Assembly (NCBI GenBank): GCA_964422865.1
Contig: CAYRCU010000001.1
Span: forward strand, 5,159 to 69,158
Source: an uncultured Gammaproteobacteria bacterium
GTDB taxonomy: Bacteria > Patescibacteriota > Microgenomatia > UBA8517
Direction of reading: 5' to 3'
DNA length: 64,000 nt
A program made the position numbers and the translations under genes. Shown one piece after another: positions 28,037 through 37,526 of the stretch; position 1 is the stretch's first letter, and every line of letters starts with the position of its first letter. The notes beneath the pieces are model-generated. The model had not been told where the DNA came from and ran no database searches. It saw only the letters and a list, made by a program, of their open reading frames with translations.

Positions 28037-28111
28037 AACAACAAAGTTAGGATAAATTGGAACCTTCCCACAATAATAATGATTACAAGAAAATATCCAC
28101 GAATTATTTTG

Positions 28112-28184
28112 TGACCCCACCCGGATTTGAACCGGGGTTTCTGGGATGAGAACCCAGTGTCCTGAACCACTAGACGATGGGGCC
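28112..28184 (-). tRNA. tRNA-Glu (CTC)
   Basis: GGCCCCATCGTCTAGTGGTTCAGGACACTGGGTT-CTC-ATCCCAGAAACCCCGGTTCAAATCCGGGTGGGGTCA forms a cloverleaf; CCA not encoded. Confidence 0.96.
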
Positions 28185-28241
28185 AAGTGAAACTTGGCAG
28201 AGCCTTACGTAAATGTATTTTAACCTAAAATTGAAGAAAGA

Positions 28242-30659
28242 TTAAGCTTGAGAGACAAATGGAAGAGAATTGAATACTCTTTTGCTGTTTGTTTTTTTGT
28301 TTAGAGGCCAGTTTGTGAGGGCAACTTTAAGAACATCTTTTATGTTTCCCGCAAAAACGAATTTTATATCTTTTTTGACGTTTTGAGGGATATCCTGAAG
28401 ATCTTTTTTATTGTCTTGCGGGAGAATTATGGTTTTGAGCCCTGCTGTGTGCCCGGCAACAACTTTTGCTTTTACTCCCCCAATTTCCAGTACTCTTCCT
28501 CTCAAAGTTATTTCACCTGTCATGCCAACATCTCTTTTTACTGATATGCCTGTAAGAGCTGAGACTAGTGCTGTGATCATGGCAACTCCCGCTGAAGGGC
28601 CGTCTTTTGGAGTGGCCCCTTCCGGAACATGGACGTGGACATCAATCTTTTGACCGAAGCCTTCCGGAAGCTTAAGCTCCTTCCAATGAGATTTTGTCCA
28701 AGTGAAAGCGGCTTTTACGGACTCTTTCATCACATCCCCTAATTGTCCTGTTAGAATAAGTTTGCCTTTTCCCGGCATGAGAGCTACTTCCACAAACATT
28801 ATTTCGCCTCCTGCGGATGTTACTCCAAGCCCTGTAGCCATACCTACCTCATTTTTCTTTTCAGCTATCAGGGAGCTAAACTTTTTTGGCCCCAGAAGCT
28901 TTCTGACTGTTGAGATTTTAATTTCCTTTGGATAATGCTTTTTTTCGGCAATTAGTCGCGCTGTTTTTCGACAAAGAGTTGCAAGAGTTCGTTCGAGCTC
29001 ACGCACTCCCGCCTCACGAGTATATTTATTGATAACTTCGTAGAGAGCTTCTTTTGTAATGGTAATTTTCTTGTCGTTGATACCGTTTGCCCTAAGCTGC
29101 TTGGGCCAGAGATATTTTTTGGCAATATTGTATTTTTCGTCTTCTATGTAGCCTGCGAAATTGATTATCTCCATACGATCTCTAAGCGGAGCAGGAATTG
29201 TGTCCATAACATTTGCCGTACAGATAAAGGTTACTTTTGAGAGGTCGAAGGGAACTTCTAAATAATGATCTGAATATTCTTTATTTTGCTCGGGATCAAG
29301 AATCTCAAGAAGGGCTGACGCGGGATCCCCTCTGTAGTCTGCTCCAAGCTTGTCAATTTCATCAAGCATAAACACAGGGTTATTGGTTCCTGCATTTTTG
29401 ATTCCCTGGATAATACGCCCCGGAAGAGCACCTACATAGGTTCTTCTGTGTCCTCTGATTTCTGCTTCGTCACGGATACCTCCCAGAGAGACTCGCGCAA
29501 ACTTCCTGCCGAGGGCTTTTGCGATAGATTTGCCGATTGAAGTTTTACCTACTCCTGGCGGGCCTACAAAACAAAGGATTGTTGGATGTGAATCTTCGTC
29601 AACCAGTTTTTTCTTTCCGTTTTGTTTTAGTTTTATTACCGACAAATATTCAAGGATTCGCTCCTTTGCCTTTTCCAGACCATAGTGATCATTGTTTAGT
29701 GTTTTTGCGGCTTTTTTGATTGTAAGATCCGTTTTGGAAGAAATTGACCAAGGCATTTCGACAAGCCAATCAAGATAGTTTCTTATAAAGCCCCCTTCCG
29801 GACTGTGAGAGGGGAGCTTTTCGAGCCTTTTTAATTCTTTTTTGGCTTTAAGGCGAACGGCTTTGGGCATTTTTGCCTTCTTTATTTTTTCGGCGTATTC
29901 AGCAAATTCACTCTCTGTCACTCCGCCTTCATCCTCGCCCAGTTCCTCCTCAATTGTACGTTTTTTCTCTCTGAGCATGGCTTTCCTCATTTGACTCTCG
30001 AAGCGCTGTTGAGTTTTTTGTGAAATGGTTTGCTCGAGATCTAAAACACTTACTTCACGATTTAAAAATTCAATAACCTTTTTGAGTCGTTTGTTAACTG
30101 ATGTTTCTTCCAAAAGGAGTTGCTTGTGAGAGGTTTTAATATCAAGGAGAGAGGAGATAGAATCTGCAAGAATTACAGGTTCCGACTGGCGGGAAAGCAC
30201 TTTCATGATAGTTGTAACGTCAACATTTTTACCGAGATTCACTGCTTTTCTGAAGAGTACGATAAGCTGCTTTGCGAGTATTAAGTTTTCAGGAGAGTCT
30301 ACATCGGTTTCCGGAATTTCAGTTACCTTGCCGACGAGAAACGGCTCGGTTGAGGTTAGTTCATCAAGCTTTACTCTTACCTGACCTTTGACCAGTGCGT
30401 GAATTTCGTTCTCGCTGGACATCATTTGGCTAACCGTTGCTATAATCCCAACCTTGTGAAGATCTCCTTTTTTAGGATTTTTGATTCGAGCATTTTTCTG
30501 TGAAAATACGGCAATTACGCGGTCACCCTGAAAAGCAAAATTGACGGCTTTAAGTGACTTTTGCCGACCAAATGTCAAAAAGGAGTCAACATGAGGAAAT
30601 ATGACTGAGCCGCGGATTGCGACGACGGGAATTGTTCTTTGTTGGCCACTTGTTTTCAT
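28242..30659 (-). CDS. lon: ATP-dependent protease La (Lon)
   Basis: GPPGVGKTS, EIRGHRRTYVGALPG, PKDGPSAG, GGVKAK. Confidence 0.98.
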   Translation of the reverse strand: MKTSGQQRTIPVVAIRGSVIFPHVDSFLTFGRQKSLKAVNFAFQGDRVIAVFSQKNARIKNPKKGDLHKVGIIATVSQMMSSENEIHALVKGQVRVKLDELTSTEPFLVGKVTEIPETDVDSPENLILAKQLIVLFRKAVNLGKNVDVTTIMKVLSRQSEPVILADSISSLLDIKTSHKQLLLEETSVNKRLKKVIEFLNREVSVLDLEQTISQKTQQRFESQMRKAMLREKKRTIEEELGEDEGGVTESEFAEYAEKIKKAKMPKAVRLKAKKELKRLEKLPSHSPEGGFIRNYLDWLVEMPWSISSKTDLTIKKAAKTLNNDHYGLEKAKERILEYLSVIKLKQNGKKKLVDEDSHPTILCFVGPPGVGKTSIGKSIAKALGRKFARVSLGGIRDEAEIRGHRRTYVGALPGRIIQGIKNAGTNNPVFMLDEIDKLGADYRGDPASALLEILDPEQNKEYSDHYLEVPFDLSKVTFICTANVMDTIPAPLRDRMEIINFAGYIEDEKYNIAKKYLWPKQLRANGINDKKITITKEALYEVINKYTREAGVRELERTLATLCRKTARLIAEKKHYPKEIKISTVRKLLGPKKFSSLIAEKKNEVGMATGLGVTSAGGEIMFVEVALMPGKGKLILTGQLGDVMKESVKAAFTWTKSHWKELKLPEGFGQKIDVHVHVPEGATPKDGPSAGVAMITALVSALTGISVKRDVGMTGEITLRGRVLEIGGVKAKVVAGHTAGLKTIILPQDNKKDLQDIPQNVKKDIKFVFAGNIKDVLKVALTNWPLNKKTNSKRVFNSLPFVSQA

Positions 30660-30700
30660 GCGATTTTAGCAGTCTAATATATTGAGTGCTATATGTCAAG

Positions 30701-31363
30701 TTATTTATGGATTACTATTCTTGTACCTGGATTTTTGGGACTTGAGAAGACGGAATATTCCCCCCCTGAGAGTGTGGGAGTGGTCCAGTAGTACAATTTT
30801 TCTGCTACAGAAGTGGGCAAATTCACACAACCATGGCTGTGAACACGACCAAAATCATTGTGCCAATAAGTTCCGTGGAGTCCGAAACCACGCCAGTTGG
30901 GGACCTTGTCGTTCCCAAAAAACATAATAAACGGTACGTTGGGAAGATTGTAATAGTATGCTCCCTCTCCCCCTTCCATTTTGGCCGCTCTAAGTTTTAC
31001 CCAAATCCTAAATTCGCCCGTTGGTGTTGGCCATTGAGGAAGGCCTGTTGAAACAAGTGTTTCCAGATAAAGAACACTTCCGTCCCAAGCACGGAGTTTT
31101 TGTTCCGACAAATCTACCTCTATCCACTTCTCATTTGAATTGCTTACTCCCAAAACCGGCTTTGTGTCTCCAAGTATGATTTCAGGGGCGTAAACCACCT
31201 TGCTGTGATAACTTCCTTTGGTCTCACCTTTAGTTGGTATACCTGAGAAGTTTTCGACTCTGCTTGCAATATTTACCTTTTTTTGAATAATGGATGAGTA
31301 TAAAATACTGAGACCTAAAACAAATAAAAACGGTGAAAGTGTGAAGAAAAGCTTTTTGGACAT
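30701..31363 (-). CDS. L,D-transpeptidase (YkuD family)
   Basis: IEVDLSEQKL, TPTGEF, LHGTYWH...HSHGCVNL. Confidence 0.92.
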   Translation of the reverse strand: MSKKLFFTLSPFLFVLGLSILYSSIIQKKVNIASRVENFSGIPTKGETKGSYHSKVVYAPEIILGDTKPVLGVSNSNEKWIEVDLSEQKLRAWDGSVLYLETLVSTGLPQWPTPTGEFRIWVKLRAAKMEGGEGAYYYNLPNVPFIMFFGNDKVPNWRGFGLHGTYWHNDFGRVHSHGCVNLPTSVAEKLYYWTTPTLSGGEYSVFSSPKNPGTRIVIHK

Positions 31364-31376
31364 GTAATAACTAGAG

Positions 31377-32123
31377 CTAGGTTAATCCTAGCACAATAGC
31401 TACGGTTCCCACAATTGCACAATAGACAGAAAAATACTTAAATTGTCTACTTACCAGAAAACTTGTGACAAGTTTCAGGGCAATAAGAGCTACCGCCAGA
31501 GCACTTAAAAATCCAAAAAGATACTGGGTAAGGCTTATTGTGTTGTTGGCTCTGCTTGTAAAAAGCTCTAAAAGACTGGCTCCGAGGATGGCGGGCACTG
31601 ATAATAAAAATGAGAATTCTGCTGTTTTTTCCCTGTCTACCCCTAAGGAGGTACCGGCAAAAATGGTTGAGCCGGAGCGTGAGATACCCGGGATAATTGC
31701 CAGAGCTTGAGCAAGACCTATGAAAATTGCATCAAGGCGCGAAATGAATTCTCTTTTTGCCCAAAAACGATCCGTAAAAAAATTAAGAACTGCTGTAAGA
31801 AGAAGTGCGAAACCTACAATTGTCAGGCTTGAAAAAAAACTTTCGAGAATCCCCTTAAAAAGAAATCCGACTGCTGCCGCCGGCAGAGTGGCGATTGCAA
31901 TGAGTGAGATGTAATTGAAACTGAGCTTTAAAATATTGCTGCGAAAATGGAACACTATTGCCGCGGCGGTTGCTGCATGAAGAACTACATCAAAAAGAAC
32001 TCCGGGTTGCTTGAAATTTGGGATCAAACTTTGAGCTATGACCAGGTGCCCGGAGGAACTTACGGGAAGAAATTCAGTGAAACCCTGAATAACCCCAAGG
32101 AGTATTGCCGAGATGAGATTCAT
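31377..32123 (-). CDS. uppP: Undecaprenyl-diphosphate phosphatase
   Basis: QGFTEFLPVSSSGHL, PGISRSGST, FSFLLSVP. Confidence 0.96.
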   Translation of the reverse strand: MNLISAILLGVIQGFTEFLPVSSSGHLVIAQSLIPNFKQPGVLFDVVLHAATAAAIVFHFRSNILKLSFNYISLIAIATLPAAAVGFLFKGILESFFSSLTIVGFALLLTAVLNFFTDRFWAKREFISRLDAIFIGLAQALAIIPGISRSGSTIFAGTSLGVDREKTAEFSFLLSVPAILGASLLELFTSRANNTISLTQYLFGFLSALAVALIALKLVTSFLVSRQFKYFSVYCAIVGTVAIVLGLT

Positions 32124-32128
32124 TTGAC

Positions 32129-32800
32129 CTATTCTAAATCAACGACGAGCTCTTGCCAATTGTTGGGGCTGACGCTTTCCAGATTAACGGCATTTTTGAT
32201 TGAATATTTATCTATCTTTGTTCGCTTGAGATTTTTAAGGTAGGCAAAAGTCTTTAGAGATTTGCCAATATCTCTGGCAAGGGCGCGAATGTATGTGCCG
32301 GAGGAGACTTTGCATTCAATTGAAAGGGTTGGATATTTATAGGCAAGAAGTTTAATTGAATAAACAATAACTTTTCTGGGTTTAAGTTTTACTTTTTTGC
32401 CTTTTCTGGCAAGATTATAAGATTTTTTGCCATCTACTTTTATGGCTGAGTATATGGGTGGCTTTTGGATAAGTTCCCCGGTAAATTTTTTGAGTACTTT
32501 TATCACTTCCTTTTTTGAAGGCTTTATGTTTGTGTTTCTGTTTACTGCTTTTCCCTCAACGTCATCCGTTGTTCTTTCTTCACCCAGCAGTATTTCGGCT
32601 TCGTATGTTTTTGTGGTGTTTTTTGAAATTGCACCAAGTTTCTTTGTGCTTTGGCGCTTAATACCAATTATAAGAAGACCTGTGGCATTTGGGTCGAGAG
32701 TTCCTGCGTGACCTACTTTTTTTATGCCAGTAAACTTTCTTACTTTGTTAACAACATCATGAGAGGTGATACCCTTGGGCTTATTTATTAGAAGGAACAT
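32129..32800 (-). CDS. truB: tRNA pseudouridine(55) synthase
   Basis: INKPKGITSHDVV, GHAGTLDP, PPIYSAIK, SSGTYIRALARD; start at MFLLINK. Confidence 0.96.
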   Translation of the reverse strand: MFLLINKPKGITSHDVVNKVRKFTGIKKVGHAGTLDPNATGLLIIGIKRQSTKKLGAISKNTTKTYEAEILLGEERTTDDVEGKAVNRNTNIKPSKKEVIKVLKKFTGELIQKPPIYSAIKVDGKKSYNLARKGKKVKLKPRKVIVYSIKLLAYKYPTLSIECKVSSGTYIRALARDIGKSLKTFAYLKNLKRTKIDKYSIKNAVNLESVSPNNWQELVVDLE

Positions 32801-33236
32801 ACACTGTTTGTTGATATAATTTCTCAACTTTTTCCCAGTCAACAATATTCCACCAAGCTTCAATATACTTTGCTTTCTGATTTTGATACTTTAGGTAATA
32901 GGCATGCTCCCCAAAGGTTTTGTTTATTGCATTTTTTAGATCACCTTCCGGCTCTCTTTTACCGTCGGGGCTCATTATTTGCCAGAATAATGTGTGGTTG
33001 GCATGACCTCCACCATTATTGATCACTGATTGCCGGATGCTCTCCGGAACATCATTAATACTTTTGAGAAGATCTTCGATGGAGAGTTTTTGCAACTTAG
33101 GGTGTTTTGCAAGGATGTCGTTTAGTTTCTTTACATAACCTGCATGGTGTTTTTGATGATGCAGGTGCATTGTTTGCTCGTCTATGTATGGCTCAAGGCT
33201 TGAATAGTTATAGGGTAAGTCAGGTAAATTGTGCAT
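32781..33236 (-). pseudogene. Fe/Mn superoxide dismutase with in-frame internal deletion
   Basis: LPYNYSSLEP, HHQKHH, NNGGGHANH, then TFG joined directly to EHAYY; FGSGWAWL and DVW segments absent. Confidence 0.85.
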
Positions 33237-33259
33237 ACCTTATTATATAATGTAGGGCG

Positions 33260-34417
33260 GTGAAAAAAAGTTTCAGTTTTGTGGTGGTTTTTTTAATTGT
33301 CTTACTTGCCAATAATAGCGCTTTTGCCTCCGACGATTCACATGGCAAAAGTAGTGCAAATAATAAATATGGAATCCATATTTTAAATGAGAGTGATTTG
33401 GATGATGCTGCTAAACTTGTGAACGGCGGAGGTGGAGAATGGGGATATGTGACAATAGTTATTCGAAAAGATGAAAGGGACAGTGCTTACTGGAATAAAA
33501 TGTTTAAGAGATTTTCAGAACTTAAGTTGATACCGATTGTTAGAATTGCCACCATAAGCCAAGGAGGTATTTGGGAAAAACCCAATGAAAAGGATGCGGG
33601 AGCTTGGGCCGAATTTTTAGATTCTCTTCCCTGGCCTGTTAAAAACAGATATGTTGTCCTATTTAATGAGCCAAATCATGCTAAAGAATGGGGCGGAGAG
33701 ATAAATCCGAAAGAATACTCAAAAATAGTTAGAGTTTACTGGGAGGAGCTGAAGAAAGCTTCTTTTAACTTTTTTGTGCTTTCTGCCGGGTTTGATGCTG
33801 CCGCTTTAAACACAAGGGAGACAATGGACAGTGCTGTCTTTTTTGAAGAAATGTACAAGCAAGATGAATTAGTGTTTACGCTTTTTGATGGCTGGGCATC
33901 TCATTCTTATCCAAATCCCGGGTTTATGGGAAGTCCGCAGGAAGACGGAAAGATGAGTATTAGAGGATATGATTGGGAAACTAATTTTCTTTATAAATTT
34001 GGACTGAGACGTAATATACCGGTATTTATCACGGAAACCGGATGGAGTAATTTGCTGGGTGAAAGCAAAATTTCAGAAAACTATAGATATGCTTTTGAAA
34101 GAGTCTGGAATGATGAAAGAATAGTAGCTATTACCCCCTTTGTTCTTAATTATACGTCTTACCCATTTAGCATGTTTTCTTGGATAAATCCTTCTACCGG
34201 TGAATACTATTCTTACTACAAAGTTGTAATGGAAATTCCTAAAGTCAAAGGAAAGCCTGAGATGGAGAAAAGAGAAAAGAAAGTGAAGGGTAGAAAAACA
34301 GTCGCTTTTGAGAAATATCCATTTTTGGTGGATTATATTCGCGGTGAAAGCAAAATTAAAAAAACATTCTTGCAAAACCTGCAGATTAATCTAATAGGGA
34401 CAACTTTCTTATTATAG
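33260..34417 (+). CDS. Secreted glycoside hydrolase, clan GH-A
   Basis: Signal peptide, FNEPNH acid/base, SHSYP, ITETGW nucleophile. Confidence 0.75.
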   Translation: MKKSFSFVVVFLIVLLANNSAFASDDSHGKSSANNKYGIHILNESDLDDAAKLVNGGGGEWGYVTIVIRKDERDSAYWNKMFKRFSELKLIPIVRIATISQGGIWEKPNEKDAGAWAEFLDSLPWPVKNRYVVLFNEPNHAKEWGGEINPKEYSKIVRVYWEELKKASFNFFVLSAGFDAAALNTRETMDSAVFFEEMYKQDELVFTLFDGWASHSYPNPGFMGSPQEDGKMSIRGYDWETNFLYKFGLRRNIPVFITETGWSNLLGESKISENYRYAFERVWNDERIVAITPFVLNYTSYPFSMFSWINPSTGEYYSYYKVVMEIPKVKGKPEMEKREKKVKGRKTVAFEKYPFLVDYIRGESKIKKTFLQNLQINLIGTTFLL

Positions 34418-34440
34418 TTTTATACTATATCTTGTAATAA

Positions 34441-35673
34441 ATGACTGCGGAAAGTATTGGGGGGAAATACAGATCCATAATACCCGAGAGAGGTGGCTCT
34501 ACTTCTGAAATTCCCGATGATGTCCCGGCTCCAAGGATCAGTATTTCTCAAATTGAAATTGCCTTAAGTGTTATTGAGAACGACACAACTCTGAAAGAAG
34601 CAGAGACAAAAGAGTATCCTTTTGATTCACTTGAAGTTGTTATTGCATCAATGCGGGGAACTTCTCTGCATGTATTAAGCACGCTTGCTTCTGTAATTGC
34701 TCGAGAAGAACAAAGAGGTGCCTCAGAAGAAATAGATCCCAGGGTTTTGCAAGAATATTTTCCAACTTTTCCTGCTCGCGGGCTTAGAATTATTGCAAGG
34801 CTAATTGATGATTCCCGTAATTTAACTCCAAGGAAATTGGAAAAGTATTTTGGAGAAGAATACGGGGCAGACAGACAATTGTTGTGTGAAGCTTTAAGAG
34901 ATGGTGTCAGCAATTGGGAAGAGTCTTTGTTGGGCAAGCAAATTTATATGGCTTGGCAGATTTATCGATATATACAGTTAAGACATTTTTGTGATTGGGA
35001 TAAAAATTCACCCGGTTATAGTGCAAATGATCTTAAGAATGCTTGGCTTGACGAAAGCATTGAAGAAAGAGGAATAAAACTAATTGAGTGGTGGCTTAGT
35101 GAAGAAAACTGCAATCTTTTGGAACAATTAACCGATCCTAACACAAAAGTACATTTTGAAATGACTGTTATTAATAACATTTCTTTGTTGGGTGCTCGGG
35201 CGCAAGTTCCGGTTCGAAACGATGTAATTATTCGTCCCGGTGACGATCAACTGGTGATAGTCGACTTTAAATTTGGAAACGAAGAGTTTGGCTATAACTC
35301 TGCGGGGGAGATGGAAATATTAATGATGTGTATGTGTGGAGAGGTGTTGAGAAAATATCTTCGTGGGAGAAGCTATGGTGTCTATCATGGCGAGCCAATA
35401 ATTATGAAGAGAAGAAAAGAGATTGTTATCCCTTTTTCAGGAACTTTTTTTTATTATTTAATTGGCGAGAGTGATGGAAGAATACGAGAGGTGGAGCTGA
35501 CACCTGATGAAGAAATGCAGAGGAAGGGAGCAGATAATTTACGTGGGCTAATAATGGAAGTTCACAGAAGAAAGCCTGTGTTTAGAGAAGTTGTTAACAG
35601 ACACAAGAATACAAGAGGGTGGAAATCTCCCAAGGCCGAGTGGGAGATGAAAGAGGGAACAGTGCACTTGTAG
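34441..35673 (+). CDS. Hypothetical protein with putative PD-(D/E)XK nuclease domain
   Basis: HFEM...VRNDVII...LVIVDFKFG. Confidence 0.55.
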   Translation: MTAESIGGKYRSIIPERGGSTSEIPDDVPAPRISISQIEIALSVIENDTTLKEAETKEYPFDSLEVVIASMRGTSLHVLSTLASVIAREEQRGASEEIDPRVLQEYFPTFPARGLRIIARLIDDSRNLTPRKLEKYFGEEYGADRQLLCEALRDGVSNWEESLLGKQIYMAWQIYRYIQLRHFCDWDKNSPGYSANDLKNAWLDESIEERGIKLIEWWLSEENCNLLEQLTDPNTKVHFEMTVINNISLLGARAQVPVRNDVIIRPGDDQLVIVDFKFGNEEFGYNSAGEMEILMMCMCGEVLRKYLRGRSYGVYHGEPIIMKRRKEIVIPFSGTFFYYLIGESDGRIREVELTPDEEMQRKGADNLRGLIMEVHRRKPVFREVVNRHKNTRGWKSPKAEWEMKEGTVHL

Positions 35674-35707
35674 TTTAACTTCAACTTATATAGAATGTTT
35701 GTTTAAT

Positions 35708-36313
35708 ATGTTTGAGGTTATTTTTGATGTTGAAACTCAGAAGTTTTTTGATGAGATTGACGATAATGATCCCGGCAAACTTGGGGTAAGCATTGTATCT
35801 GTTTATTCAAGAAAGCTTGATGATAATTTCAATGAAATCGAAGGAAAAATGGAAAGCTTTTGGGAGAAAGAGCTTGCTGAAATGTGGCCTATTTTCCAAA
35901 GGGCAGACCGGATTATTGGATTTAACAGTGTAAAGTTTGATGTGCTAACTTTAGAGCCCTATGCAGACTTTCCTTTTGGCAAACTCCCCCACTTTGATAT
36001 TTTAGAGGAGGTTAAAAGATCGTTTGGCAGAAGAGTGAAACTTGATGCAATTGCAAAAGATACACTGGGAAATGTCAAAAATGACCACGGAGCAAATGCT
36101 GTAAGATATTACAAAAGCGGAGACAGAAAAAGTTTGGAAAAGCTAAAAAAATACTGTGAAATGGATGTCGTGATTACACGAGACATATATGATTACGGAC
36201 TTAAAAACGGAAGGCTTAAGTTTACTGATCACTGGAACACTCCAAGAGAAATAGAAGTTGATTTTAGCTATCCGGAGACGGAGTCTTTGGATGCACAGAT
36301 TGGACTTTTTTAA
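35708..36313 (+). CDS. RNase H-like DEDD exonuclease (YprB-like)
   Basis: FDVETQ, IGFNSVKFD, KLDAIA, YCEMDV. Confidence 0.85.
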   Translation: MFEVIFDVETQKFFDEIDDNDPGKLGVSIVSVYSRKLDDNFNEIEGKMESFWEKELAEMWPIFQRADRIIGFNSVKFDVLTLEPYADFPFGKLPHFDILEEVKRSFGRRVKLDAIAKDTLGNVKNDHGANAVRYYKSGDRKSLEKLKKYCEMDVVITRDIYDYGLKNGRLKFTDHWNTPREIEVDFSYPETESLDAQIGLF

Positions 36314-36321
36314 TACTTTTT

Positions 36322-37362
36322 TTATCTCTGGCTTGAAAAACTTTTAAGTATTCCAAGAGACATATCGGTTTTTTTAATTGACTTTTGGGGATTTCTTTCT
36401 ACCTCGGATAAAGCTCTGATTGCATCAACGTTTTCGGGAATCACAATTGCTTCATTGTGAACTTGGTAATAAAAGGTAACATCACGCCCTTGCACATATA
36501 AAGAATCTTCCCAAAAAGCAACCTCCCACATATCTGCCCTCGGTCGTTTAAGATCTCGCATAAGCTCGACTAACTGATTTTCTGCAACCAATCCGTCTTC
36601 GTGCTTTACCGAAACAACCCGTGGTAAGGACTTTAACAAATTAACAATTTCATCTTTTGAAATTTCTTTATTTAATCTTATAAACGCTATATGAAGATGT
36701 CCCAGGGTCGTGGGAACCGCCATGGCCGCAGTAACGATATTTAAGCCGTGAATAACTTTTTGCGCGTCAATCCCTTGATGAGAAGGAATACTTTCTTCCA
36801 ACCTTATGGTCCCCAGTGGCCCTTGCTCGTGAGAATCAACCGGGTCTGATCCACGTCTAGCCAAAGCAATGTGGGCGACATCTAAAATCTGATCTCTTAC
36901 GAACGGATAAACGATTCTGCATATAGCTGTTGTATTGCAGGAAACCACTCTTAGACTCTTTTTACCTAAAGCATCACTGTAATTGACTTCTGCCACAAAG
37001 GAAAAACCGGTTAGATCGTGTTTCTCTCCGCCTTGAAATACAGATTTAACTCCAAACTGATCATACTTTTCTTTATTCTTCGCCCCAATTCCCTTTGGAG
37101 TTGCATCAACAATTATATCAACATATTTAAGTAGATTATCCAGATCACCCTTGCATTTATATCTGCTTGCCATTAGCTTTTGACATGCATCGGCATCAAC
37201 TCCATAAAGAGAAATGTTTGATTTTTTTATAGGGAAAAGCCGAAAGTCCGGTGTTCTGGCGGTTACTCCTACAAGTTCCATGTCGTCTTGTAAAAGTACA
37301 GCATCAGCAATTCTCTTACCGATAACTCCATAGCCATTTATTCCAACCTTAATCTTTTTCAT
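36322..37362 (-). CDS. gap: Type II (archaeal-type) glyceraldehyde-3-phosphate dehydrogenase
   Basis: GINGYGVIGKRIADAV, FQGGEKH, RVVSCNTT, PSHQGID, VHNEAIVIPENVDAIRA. Confidence 0.92.
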   Translation of the reverse strand: MKKIKVGINGYGVIGKRIADAVLLQDDMELVGVTARTPDFRLFPIKKSNISLYGVDADACQKLMASRYKCKGDLDNLLKYVDIIVDATPKGIGAKNKEKYDQFGVKSVFQGGEKHDLTGFSFVAEVNYSDALGKKSLRVVSCNTTAICRIVYPFVRDQILDVAHIALARRGSDPVDSHEQGPLGTIRLEESIPSHQGIDAQKVIHGLNIVTAAMAVPTTLGHLHIAFIRLNKEISKDEIVNLLKSLPRVVSVKHEDGLVAENQLVELMRDLKRPRADMWEVAFWEDSLYVQGRDVTFYYQVHNEAIVIPENVDAIRALSEVERNPQKSIKKTDMSLGILKSFSSQR

Positions 37363-37512
37363 TTAACAACAACCAGCAGCATTTTTTTTCTTATCTTTCT
37401 CTTTTAATTTCTTTCCACGATTATACAAAAATTTTCCGATGAAAGATTTCGGTTTTTCTTCAACTTTCTTGCTTTGTTTAGCGGTGCTGCTGCTTCCACA
37501 ACAATCTGACAT
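37363..37512 (-). CDS. 49-aa peptide with CC pairs at both ends (putative metal binder)
   Basis: MSDCCGSS...NAAGCC; AAGGA upstream; stop codon abuts the gap start. Confidence 0.7.
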   Translation of the reverse strand: MSDCCGSSSTAKQSKKVEEKPKSFIGKFLYNRGKKLKEKDKKKNAAGCC

Positions 37513-37526
37513 GTTAATTGTTTCCT

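Noticed and set aside
22780-28184. tRNA-integrated mobile element
   Set aside because: No integrase and no duplicate of the tRNA 3' end found by eye
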